Source: Pecten maximus (taxonomy: Eukaryota). Taken from it: a stretch of 64,000 nt of DNA. The DNA lies in assembly GCF_902652985.1 (NCBI RefSeq), contig NC_047024.1, forward strand, positions 31,124,001 to 31,188,000, in the 5' to 3' direction. Shown piece after piece: positions 10,501 to 23,300 of this stretch. A model generated the notes under the pieces. The model had not been told where the DNA came from and ran no database searches. It was given only the letters and a program-made list of their open reading frames with translations. The position numbers and the translations under genes were made by a program. Within the stretch, counting starts at the first letter, position 1. Each line of letters begins with the position of its first letter.

Positions 10501-13500
10501 AATGAGATCCCAGACCGTTCTGTTCTGTTATGTCCTTGGCCAAGACAACACTACTAAGATCTGATTGTTGATGTTTTCCTGAAAAACTTGTTGCAGGTTG
10601 AGAATTTTCAGATTTTAAACCTTATGCTTTAAAAAAAAAGGAGTTATTTTACAAACATGGAAAAGGCTACAAATGTATGTTTAAAACTTATTGAAGGATT
10701 ACCAAGAGATCCGAGTGCCACTATCAGACATCCCGGTAAACCCCTGTACAGCATCCGAGTTGACAAGGCTCTGTCTGAGGCGACAGGACGATGGAGGACA
10801 TTCCTATGAGGATGAAGACGAACAAGAAGTTGTAAGTTGAATAGTTATATGAAAGTTTGGGAGAGAAATCTGACCCTGTACTAATTTACCAATTATAGCT
10901 ATATTTGATTTAATTTGTTATCCTGGTTTGTCAGAGATGCTTATGTCCTATCATAATTATTTTGTCTGTCCGTCAGCACTTTCTCAGGAGATTTTCTCAT
11001 AAAGTCAACATTTCTAGTATTTTTCATGGTGATGTGGTTGACCCAATAGGCTTTTTATGTGTCAATCAAACTTTCTGCTAAACATCTGCATCTTGAACAA
11101 TAAATTTTAAGGTAAAATTTCAAATCTGAAGTGGTAAATATTTGTATATGACATTGTACAGCAATGCTGGGTAGAATTATATATAAGTGTTTTAATTACC
11201 ATTCCTGATAAATCTAAGTTTGTAGGGCAGTGTTTTATCTGTTGAATATGTGTTAATACATTTAATGTTTCTGGCCAGGTTGGATGATGGGGAACATTCA
11301 TTTGTAATGCAGTTTTACCAGACAAAATAATTAAAGTCATGAAATGTTGTATTGCTTTTCTAGCCTGATGCCTTGATCCAGTTGCTGGAGTCCCAGGAGA
11401 TGTATCAACTGGAAATAGCCCAGAAACTACAGATCATGAAGGGTCTATGTCTGAGGATCATGGGCACATATTCAGTACAAGACTTCATGGAGGAAAAGCA
11501 GACAGAGGCTTCTAAACTCTGGTTAGTACAAGACTTGTCTATGGATAGTTTTGATAAACAAATTTAATTCAAGGCTTTAGCCATTTCAGAAGTCTAACTC
11601 ACAAATTTGAAGATTTAGAAAAGACATAGACGTGTCCTTACAAAAGCATGAGTCCAAACTAATTCTGGGAATTCATACTCTCAAGGAACAGCCTAAGCTC
11701 CAATTTCATCAATAATCCTTTACATCAGAAAATTCCTTAGCTTGCATTTTATATAGGAAACATTAAAGAATTTAAGGAAAGTTCATTCAATAACTTTTTT
11801 TCCCCTATGTACTAAAGGAAGTAAATTTACGGTAATCAGTGTGATGCTTGTTTGTTATGTTAGAATTACTTGACCACAGTTCTAAATTTTATGACATGCT
11901 GTCTATCAACAGGAGGAAGAAGCTGGCTGTGCTTAAAGTAAAGAATACTGAATTAAAGAAAGTAAAAGAAAAGAAAAAGAAACAGAAAGCTGAGCAAGCT
12001 CAGAAAGAACCAGAGAAGAATAAAACAAAGGAGGAGAAATCATCAAGTAAGGTTTATCTATAAATCATTTTCTTGTTTAGGTTCAAATTTTGTCCACTTG
12101 TGTCATCTGTGTTTCTAAATTCTTTCTTCTAACTCTTCAAAATATACAATCTAGAGACTCATTGTCCACTGGTGAACAAGACCTGGTCCGTAGTTGGCTG
12201 TTACCAGAATTTGGACCATGTGACGTTCAAGATCGCTGTGATGTTGAAAGTATTTATTGTTATTGTTTCTTATCCTGAGTGAATCTGGGTATCGCACAGG
12301 ACTTTTAAAAATTAGTTGTTAATAGCTTACTGATGGTAATGACTGAAATTTGGACCATTACAACATTTAAAAAGGCTGCAATCACAAGCAGAGATTTTTC
12401 TCACTTCTCATATTAGAAATAATTCTAAAGCAGAGACATAAACTTTAGAGAGTAGCATAGCAAAACTTGAATCAATGTGACATTCAAGATGGCCAACATC
12501 ATGAAATTGTTTGAAAGTCCACTTATTGTCTAATAAATATGAGCCATATTTGAGATTAACCAGGTACAAGCATGTCAACCCTTTTGCTTCACCTTCACCT
12601 GAATATATAGATTATACAGAGAAATTAGCTTGAGTGACTATTAGGTATAGTCAATATTTGGTTCTAACTCTAATTTCCTGTTTCACATTCAAGATGGACG
12701 CCATGGTAGACATCTTAATAATCTAGCTATCCTGGCTTCTGAACAGAAAGCAGGATAGGATTCTCATTATAATTCTGTATGGTCCATATGTCACATACCA
12801 TTTGAATGGGTAAATTGTTAAACCTTTCTTATGAAGACCATAGGAACAGGCATCGTATATGTTGTACAATCTAATGTGAAAGCTATCAGTTGCAGTTAAT
12901 AACAAAAAAATATTCATGTCATTCTAACCAGTAATTTTGATGCTAATGATATAGACATGTTGTACAATCTAATGTGAAAGCTATCAGTTGCAGTTAATAA
13001 CAAAAAAATATTCATGTCATTCTAACCAGTAATTTTGATGCTAATGATATAGACACCATTATGTATAATGTTATTGTGCATAATTAATCCTTCCCACTTT
13101 TCCATCCTCAGATCTGACCATATCTCACTTCTATGGTCAAACACCTGCCGACCAGAGTGACTCGTCCAAGCCAGCTACTCCCGAACCTATATCTGCTGAC
13201 TCCACAGAGGATGGGGAAGACTTGGCTTCAGTGGTGAAACGACGAAGGATCAGTGCTGCTAAAGTTGCAGCCGAAAAGGAGCAGCGACAATATGAGACGA
13301 GGAAACAGTAAGAATATTCAGTGTATTTTGTCTTTATCCATGGTGAAATTAATTCTATAAAGTAGCTTTATAGTCAAGTGCAGGGATGAAATTCTTCACC
13401 TGATTGGCTGATTTCAGTCTTTTTGACATGGAAATTGACTTATTCCATATATAATTTACCCCCCAAAAAAGTAAATTTCAGGCTTTCTTAAGATTTCATA

Positions 13501-16500
13501 TTTTCATCTCTGTCGAAGTGTCTGCTTAGAAGAGACCAATCTAAATGCTTTGTTTTCAACAGGAGAGAAAAGGAATATGAAGTGTACAGGAAACAGAAAG
13601 AGGAAGAGGATTTTGAAAAAGAGTTTGTTGTAAGTGTTTATCAAATAAATCAACACAATCTTTAAATATTACATGAAGATATAGAGCTAACGTCAGTTCC
13701 CAGTGTATTTGCTTAATCAGTAGGGCCCTGCACGTTGGGTATTGATACCAAAAGGTATGCAGGGAGATGAAACAAAATATACAAATTAATCCCATCTCCT
13801 GCTGAAGTCTCGCATATAGAGGTGAAACTACATGTAGTCGGCCAATAAATTACACCCGCTTACTGGTAACGCTTCGGTATGTTGTAATTGAAACTACTTT
13901 GATTAATATTTTAACTATGTAATACTTTAATTGCTATCCTCCCTAAAAACCCATAAAAGGCATTGATTCCCTCATTAGCTCACCGGTTACGAGTAACCGA
14001 GAGCTAATGCTGTCACCCCGGCGTCCGCGTCCCACCCCAAAACTTTTAAGTTTTTTGAAAGCTTGTAAGTCCAAAAGTATACACCTCATGCCCTTCTAAT
14101 TTAATTTATACATTCATTAGAGGTCTAGGAATGATGTTATGGCAAAATCATGCAGAAAAAAAATGTGATTTTTTTCGCATTTTACCATTTTGTGGACTTA
14201 ACTTTTTTTGCACCAAAACTCACTTTAAAGTTTTGGGGGTTTTTTTGCACCAAAACTCACTTTAAAGTTTTGGGGGTAAGTCCAAAAGTATACACCTATC
14301 ACCCTTCTAATTTGGTTTATACATTCATTAGAGATCCAGGAGTGATGCTGTGGCAAATCATGCAGAAAAAAATTGGCATTTTGGCATTTTACTATTTAGT
14401 GGACTTACTTTTTTTTGACACAAAAACTCACTTTAAAGATTTTGGGGGTTAGTTTTGAAAAGCTTGTAAGTCCACACCCTTCTTATTTGGTTTATACATC
14501 CATTAGAGGTCTAGGAGCGATATGATGTGACATACAATTTCAAAATGACATGCTTATATACATACATAAAAAATGAATGCAAAGTGTGATTGCTGCCGCT
14601 GGGGAGCTTTCGCAATCATTGATTGCACTTGTTTTGATTATCTTGTAATATTATTAAATGTGAAAATTTTCTTGCAATTTGATTTAAAGAAATAAATTAA
14701 AAGTTAAATTTTCTTGAAATATTGAAATAAAGGTTAAAATTAGATGTTAGCTTGGAAATCTGTAAACAAATTTGCCAGTTGTCAATCAAACAGGTTTTTA
14801 ACTAGGTGGGCTTGTTGCTATTAGTGCTGCAACGATACGCCTCCCTCACGATACAATACCTATCGCAACACTTGTCTCACGGTACGATACGTATCACGGT
14901 ACATTTACAGAGTGTCCCCTGTCAAGGGTAAAGTGTAACGTTACCCCTCCTCTGAAAATTGGAGTGATACAAACAAATCCAGGGGTACTAGCATGAATTA
15001 ACCTATCAAGGTTTAAAACTTATTTGTACAAATTTAGCCATCACATTACAGCTGTAATTATAAAAATGTTAAAGTTTAATTTAAAAAAATTGACTCTTAT
15101 AAGTTTTGGACATGCTTATCATTAGCAATTAGGCATTTTGACAATTGACACATTGGTTAATACATGTTTTACAAAGATTAATTGGTTTCTTCTTAAATAA
15201 TCTAATTTAAATCTTGAATTATTTTATTTTCAATTCGAATTCTACTCAATTCCCAATTGATCTGGGCCTGTTCGTTTATGAGGACAAACCAGTCTGTCAG
15301 TATTTAAATGTACAGTGGAACCTCTATAAACTGAACATGCATGGGACATGACTATTTGTTCGGTTTACAGAGGGTTCGGTTTGGAGAAGTTGATCGAAAA
15401 ATGACCGGTCGAATTCCGGATATAACTGGTCGGACGATGTTTTATTAGAATGCACCGATTACAAACCGGCACATACATAGACAATTTGGTTTGTCGGAAT
15501 AATATGCATATTATGAAAGTTAATCAATGTATATATATATTGCAGAATATATAAGAAAGGCAAATGACTATAACTATAGTTTTAAACAGTATTTTCACAT
15601 GTGCAACTACACTTTACGATCGACCTACATTTTGTTATATCCGGTGAAGCTTCTTCATGTGGATGGGGTCGATAGTCCGATATGAAATATTTTACACATC
15701 AAATAATATTAAAGGGTGTGAAGATGTTTTTTTTTTCAATATCAATTACAATTGATCTGATACTGGTCGTATTTCCGACATCGCTGTTGTCTAAAAAAAA
15801 ACATCACGGGCTTCATTTACGAAAATAACCCCCTTTGGGCCTCATTTAAATTAAATGCGAAACTCAGGCTTCTAGCTCTACTTGCATTGAGAAGATAAAC
15901 GAACCGACGCGCTTCAATGAAGTGTGGCATTGTTTCATAATTGTCGTGTTGATTACACACTAAGCCTTCCGTCATAATGCCCCCTTGGAGAATATATTGG
16001 ATACCTGTACAAATCACCTACGTAGGTCCCGAGACAATAAGGCTTCACACAATACCCGTCACAGTTGTTGTCTCACGGTTTACTGGTCTGACCTCGTGTC
16101 ATAATCGTAATCGTGTCGAGGATCGTCTGAAAATAATATAAAATCACCAGGTCTATCTTTATTTCATAAACTAACAACACTGGTCCAATGGTTTGGACCG
16201 CAAAAACGAAAACGGCCCTGATATTGATGAGTGATTTACGCAGGATAAACATGATTGGTGTACACTGTACGTTCTGAAGCAAAATTACACCTTTAATGAA
16301 GTAGGGAGAAACATGATTCAGGTTAGGAAATAACCTAGATCTGTGAGTCGCCATCAGGCAATCAAAATACAGGATTCCTGACAGTAGATCAGGAAGACTT
16401 CGCCTCGACAATTTTGATACTTAGGCCTAAATGATTTTAAATAAATTTAAATCACCTGTTTCAGCTACACCGATCCAGAAAAGTTTCTATATATATGTCA

Positions 16501-19500
16501 TTTAAATGAGCGATACAAATTACCGCGTAGAAAATCGGCCTGAACCATGAGCGTACCGTGATGCGAGATTAAAATACCGTGAACCGAACCGTGCCATTTA
16601 TACCACGATATATCGTACCACGGATTACCGTTGCAGCACTAGTTGCTATGTTAAGTATTAATTTATATCAAAAGAATATTTGAACAGTTTTATGTATGTC
16701 ATATTTCCAAATTAGATAAATATGTACATGTTAAATGTTTTTTTGTTCAGCGTGGAATTGCCCTGGCAAAGGCTGCACTTCGTCATACACCGATAGGGAC
16801 AGACAGGAACCACAGTCGGTACTGGGTTTTCTCCGGGGTTACTCCTGGCATCTACATAGAGAAAGGTCTGTATATTTAAAAAGTTTGTATGCGATATCAT
16901 AGGATTCAAATGATTCTCTGTATTTATTTTACAGCATAGTCTGATTGGACATATGACACCAGATTTTGATTTGAATATTTTCAAGCAGGAACTCAGGAAA
17001 TCCTGCATTCTTCAATGTTTCAATTTCTACCGAAGTGCAGAAAAAACTTTTGTCTAATTCAACAATGTATTTAGCCAGTATCAATCTGTCACCTAAACCT
17101 AAATCTATACTTATTTATATTTAGTGTATGTAATAACAATATAAATACATTTCACTTCATAATTTCCTGACACAACAGGAAATGGCCACCTTATAATTAT
17201 TGCTGAACCCAAAATATCCAACAAAGAATTAATTTTGGGGGCATTTTTACCTCGCCATGCATAAATTTTGAGTAAATGCTTAACCAACCACTCTGACACC
17301 GAAAAACCCATCAGCCAACCCCCATGAGGCATAAATGAAAGTTTGGCTGTCACCTGAATCCAATAAGTGGATATTTCTTGAATAGCCCTAAGACAATAAC
17401 TGTTCATCAACAAACTGTATCTGAACATAAGGTTTATAAACAACTAGTACCTGCTGGTAGACATGCACAAGTTTTCAAGTTTCATGCATTAAAAAGTTGA
17501 TTTACTCGACATGTAACATATGTATTGATTGAATAATTCTTTTTGAGTTCAATTTAAAATCACCCAAATCAAAAACTGATAGCTTTGAGTGCTTGATAGC
17601 AATGCTGTCAATTTTGCCATCTTATAGATATTATGTATAAACATTGAATTCCTGAATTTGTGCAAAGTTGGTTCACAAAGATACCTAGAGATATATCGGC
17701 AATATTTGAATCTTCGCAAGCGCGAGTCGCATAGATAGAAAGACATTTTGAGATTAAAATACCAAAAGTATGTGTTGTGCTGTCCTGGGTCTCTACAAAC
17801 TTGGTTCATAAATGTCAAGGGATATCAGCAGTGTTTTGATCAAAAAGATGATAAGTATGCATTGAGTTGAACTGACAGTTGAGGTTTATTTACTAGGCTG
17901 GGTTAATGAGGAGATCGATTACTGTACCAGAAAGGCAGGGTCTAACTGGGACAGTGATGACTCGGACACCTCCACCAACACAGGAAATAAGGACTATGAT
18001 CAGCAAAATGTTGAAACTAGGTAGGTCTGCTGTTAGAAATCCTGTTGAATGTGGAATCCTGTGTCACATCTAAACTTAAGCTTTATTCAAACTTGTCCAT
18101 ACATGTAGTTTATGCAAGATCTAGATCTATAGGTAAATTGTTAAAAATAATCTAGAGAAGGTTGCAATTATGGAACCATAATTTCTAACACATAATCAAA
18201 TACCATTGTGTTAAATATTAATGAAATGATTATTTAGTGACATTTGTATGCCATTTTGAATTTTTAGTGTTCCACATTTTGGCCAGAACTTGTGGTTTAC
18301 CTACTTATCAGTAAAGGAATTGGATGATTTAATAGACAGTCTACACCTACAAGGTTGGCGAGAGAGTAAGCTGATAAAAGAACTTAAGAATCGATATGCA
18401 GAGATATGTTCTGGTATCAACCAGAGCAAAAGGTAATATAACCGGGAGGAAAATAGACCCAAAAGACAGTATAAGAAATGTAATGTCAGACAAAGGACGC
18501 GGCTTTGTACTACAGTTTACAGTGTTTATAGCACTAATTATGTGCAGTTCAGTAACATGTTAAAAGTTGCTAATATCTTGTGTGTCTTCTGTTCAGTAAC
18601 ATGTTTAGACGTGATAATATTTTGTGTCTTATGTATAACCCTTCCTATGGCATATACAGAACCTCAGCCAACTTCCCTCATTGTATATATCTTATACTGA
18701 CAAAGCATATCAATGTAACAATTTGTACTTGTTCTTGAGAATCAGGTCACTTAACAGTAAACACAGGATTTATTGTAATGACCCATATCTCACAGTTCAA
18801 ACTTGGTCAGGTGGTGTGACTTATTTATGCCTATAATGTGACAAATCCGGTATTTCCAGAACCGTTACCGTGGAAACATACTAGTACTTTGATACAAATG
18901 GGAAAAAAGCATATGCTTGTATTTGATTATGATAGAGGTTGAAATTTTTTTTTTTTTTTTTTAAATACGAGAACTTTCCTTATAGCTAATACAACGTTGT
19001 ACCTTTTTTTCTTGTGTCTCCTAGAGCTGTTTGTGAGCTAAGGGATTCAGATGGCGACAAAGAAATGCTGAATGGATTTAAACAGGTAATACTACCATTA
19101 AGTTTTCTATAAATGTCAGTGTGTGTGTTGGAAATAATGCTAGGAACCTTGACTTTTATATCTAAGATTTTTATGTTAAATTAGGCAGATGTTTTATGTA
19201 ATTCATTGCTATGAGGTGACACCAATAAACACAGTAAGATAATAAAAAAATTCGTTTAACTTGTTCACATATTACAAAGTCAGTTTTGATCAATTATTAA
19301 CAATATGAATTTAATGCAATGTTATTTTTATTGGCAATTCAGGAACTTTTGGATACCGAGACAAAGCTACGCTACGGTGGTTTAGGTGGTGTGAATGGCT
19401 TTGAGGTTTGGGAGGCCAGGCTGGAATCAACGACAGATATTGCAGAATTTGTAAGTTATTTTCAACTTAATGAGTTTGACTTAATAGGTCACCTGAGATA

Positions 19501-20294
19501 AAGAATATGGGATATTGTATTGGTGAGGCTTGTTATCACCTGAGATAAAGAATATGGGATATTGTATTGGTGAGGCTTGTTATCAGTTTATGCACATTTA
19601 TGTGAATATTTTCCATTCTCTGTCTGTAGTGACAAACAACAGTTCTGTGTATTCTATTCTATATTTCCCAGGGTAAATTGATGATTCAGACACAAGAACA
19701 TGTATCAAAGAAATTTTGCCAGGGCATCATGGGGGAGAAAAAGAAAAGGACAAAGGTGGCCGAGGTGACAGAAGTGAAGGAGGAAAAAGAAGCAGAAGGT
19801 TTGGTCACATAACTTTGTCTTTGAATTTTAAGTTTACATGCAATAGAACTATACCACAGAATTGAAGTTTACATGCAATAAAACTAAACCATAGATTTTA
19901 AGTTTACATGCAATTATTTGCAATAGAACAGGACCATAGATTTTAAGATTATTTGCAATAGAACTATACCATAGATTTAAGGTTGCGTGCAATAGAACTA
20001 TACTATAGATTTAAAAGTGTTTTTGAACCAGATCATTTGATATGATTTTTGGATTTTTTCCTTAACATTTTAAAGTTTGATGTTTCTTTCTGTGAAAGTC
20101 TAATTTGATGTTGATTAAAATTGTTGGTGGGGTGTTTTAAAACAATATAATACTTCGATTTTAGTTTCCCAAAATGCTGGTTTATGGCTGCTTTCGCTTT
20201 TCTATTCGGGACAATTTCAAAATTGATGCTTATGACATGCTGTCATGATGTTTTAGTCACTATGGCAAGGTTTTTACGAATTTGGTTATTTCTG

Positions 20295-20330
<36 letters not shown>

Positions 20331-23300
20331 AAGTACAGGTCTGAAACAAGGACCTGGAATGGAAATGTTTCAAATTGGAATTGGTAACGACATTTATAAC
20401 ATTTATCATGATGTACACCTGTAAAGCACCTTGTTTCAAAATGTGCTTAAAATTATTTCCTTTCTCAATACATTGTGCAGATTCAGTGAAAAAAACTTGC
20501 TTTCAAATAGCCTTTTTGTTTTGAAAAAAAAATACTACCACAATTCATGGATAAGACAACCTATTGTTACACCACTACTGATATTAAGATTCCTGTCCAA
20601 GTCATTTCTTACTACTTTTAGGATTTATTTAGTATTTCAGTAGATAATATTCACATCATGTGACGGGAGATTTACATCATATATATAAACAGTTGTTGGT
20701 GTGATCCTAGACGCTAAATGTAACTACATGAAATGATATTGCTGTATTGTAGAAAATGAAGAGGAGGAGAAAGAGATCAAGGGCATCGTGGAATGGCGTG
20801 AGGCGGTAGAGAGTGCAACTACATTGTCACGACTTCACGTCCTAATGGGCATCCTAGATAACAGTATCAAATGGGAAAAGTCGGCAGAGAATGCGGTGAG
20901 TGATCTATCATCTTTGTCTGGCATTTACTTACTGACTCTTATCTTACTAAATAATATTCTAGTATGACACAATATTGCCATTAATTGGGAGAAATATACT
21001 CAGTATCATATTTGAGGAACAAGTTTACAAACATCAATAGATTTGAATTAACATTTCGATGTATATCATAAACAATTTCCCATAATTTCAAAAGTATCAT
21101 GTGCAATCAACAATTGTTATTTCTGTTTTAAAAAGGGTAATGAAAAGAACAAAGAAGCATAATCTTACACCGATATTTGTAATTTGATCTCCTAACCCCA
21201 GTATTTTAGTGGTACTAAGTTCAGTGATACATATGTGTAATACAGATGTTGATTTTGATGCCTGTCTGTTGTTTTGACAGAAATGTAAAATATGCCGCAA
21301 AAAGGGAGAGGACCAGAAGCTGCTGTTGTGTGATGAATGTAATCAACCGTTCCACATGTACTGTCTCCGACCTGCCCTCATGGAGATACCTAAAGGGGAT
21401 TGGTTCTGTGCCTCCTGTATGGTAAGTGGACAGTCTGCTCTCATAGAGATTGGTTCTGTGTCTCCTGTATGGTAAGTGGACAGTCTGCTCTCATAGAGAT
21501 TGGTTCTGTGCCTCCTGTATGGTAAGTGGACAGTCTGCTCTCATAGAGATTGGTTCTGTGTCACCTGTATGGTAAGTGGACAGTCTGCTCTTGTAGAGAT
21601 TGGTTCTGTGCCTCCTGTATGGTAAGTGGACAGTCTGATAACTGCTCTCATAGAGATTGGTTCTGTGTCTCCTGTATGGTAAGTGGCCAGTCTGATAACT
21701 GCTCTCATAGAGATTGGTTCTGTGCCTCCTGTATGGTAAGTGGACAGTCTGCTCTCATAGAGATTGGTTCTGTGCCTCCTGTATGGTAAGTGGACAGTCT
21801 GCTCTTGTAGAGATTGGTTCTGTGTCACCTGTATGGTAAGTGGACAGTCTGCTCTCATAGAGATTGGTTCTGTGCCTCCTGTATGGTAAGTGGACAGTCT
21901 GCTCTCATAGAGATTGGTTCTGTGTCACCTGTATGGTAAGTGGACAGTCTGCTCTCATAGAGATTGGTTCTGTGTCACCTGTATGGTAAGTGGACAGTCT
22001 GCTCTCATAGAGATTGGTTCTGTGTCACCTGTATGGTAAGTGGACAGTCTGCTCTCATAGAGATTGGTTCTGTGTCTCCTGTATGGTAAGTGGACAGTCT
22101 GCTCTCATAGAGATTGGTTCTGTGTCTCCTGTATGGTAAGTGGACAGTCTGCTCTCATAGAGATTGGTTCTGTGTCTCCTGTATGGTAAGTGGACAGTCT
22201 GCTCTCATAGAGATTGGTTCTGTGTCTCCTGTATGGTAAGTGGACAGTCTGCTCTCATAGAGATTGGTTCTGTGCCTCCTGTATGGTAAGTGGACAGTCT
22301 GAAAACTGCTCTCATAGAGATTGGTTCTGTCTCCTGCATGGTAAGTGGCCAGTCTGAAAACTGCTCTCATAGAGATTGGTTCTGTGCCTCCTGTATGGTA
22401 AGTGGCCAGTCTGCTCTCATAGAGATTGGTTCTGTGCCTCCTGTATGGTAAGTGGACAGTCTGATAACTGCTCTCATAGAGATTTCCTGGTGGTCAAAAT
22501 GTCAGGCCAGTCAACCTATAATCCAGAGTGACATGTAACAAGAATTTGTTCTGGTGGTGTTACAAGTGATAGGAGCTAAACCAACCTTAAATTCAGAGTG
22601 ACAAGTATTGATATGTACAATATTTTGTTCTGATGGTGTTCAAATTTTCGGAGCCCTTTTAGGACGACAAGCTCTATTGGAAACACAAGAAAGTGACTAT
22701 TCAGAACAGAAGTGGAAGCTCACACTTGCATTCAAAATGGCAACCTCCAGTGTAAATTTCAATTGCAGTTGCATTATTTAGTTATTACAATAAGAAAAAC
22801 TCAGGACTTGGACATAATCATCATTGTTTATTAAAATGCAATTCTTCTTACTGAAATGACAACAACTCCTCTTTTTCTTTACAAACAATTTACATAATTT
22901 ATCCTTGCTTTTTACTGTCAATCTCTACTTCGTAATGATGGCAAAATGCTCTGTGTGTAGGTATACCTGCACTCTCAAATGCATTTTTGTTCAGAAGTGA
23001 TCACTCACTGTTGCTTGCGAGTGCTCTGTACCTCAAAGTGAAGTATAATTAAAACTTCTCTTGTGCGTCCAGTCACCTTTATACTAAATCATTTTATCTT
23101 CCTATTTTGTAGCCACAGAACCAAAGACGGAAATCTCGAGTGTATAACGCTGACTTTGATGACGTAAGTGAACATAAGAAGAAATATTACATGAAAAATA
23201 AGATTAAAAGAATACTGTAAACTTTGTGCTGGAAGCATTCTGCTAAATTGTGATTGCATTAATTGCACTTTATATAAACTGTTTCTATATAAAATAGTTT

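Noticed and set aside
15817-16411. ORFs inside the hAT element as a transposase
   Set aside because: No recognisable BED finger, DDE or hAT dimerisation motifs, and far too short.
20296-20328. Long poly-C run giving poly-Pro ORFs (similar C/G runs near 28853, 46985 and 48969)
   Set aside because: Intronic or intergenic homopolymers of uncertain length. No coding evidence.
21398-22483. Repeat array as tandem coding exons or a CRISPR-like array
   Set aside because: Units are mostly 50 nt with in-frame stops, gaps between pseudo-exons (about 25 nt) are too short to be introns, and there are no spacers.
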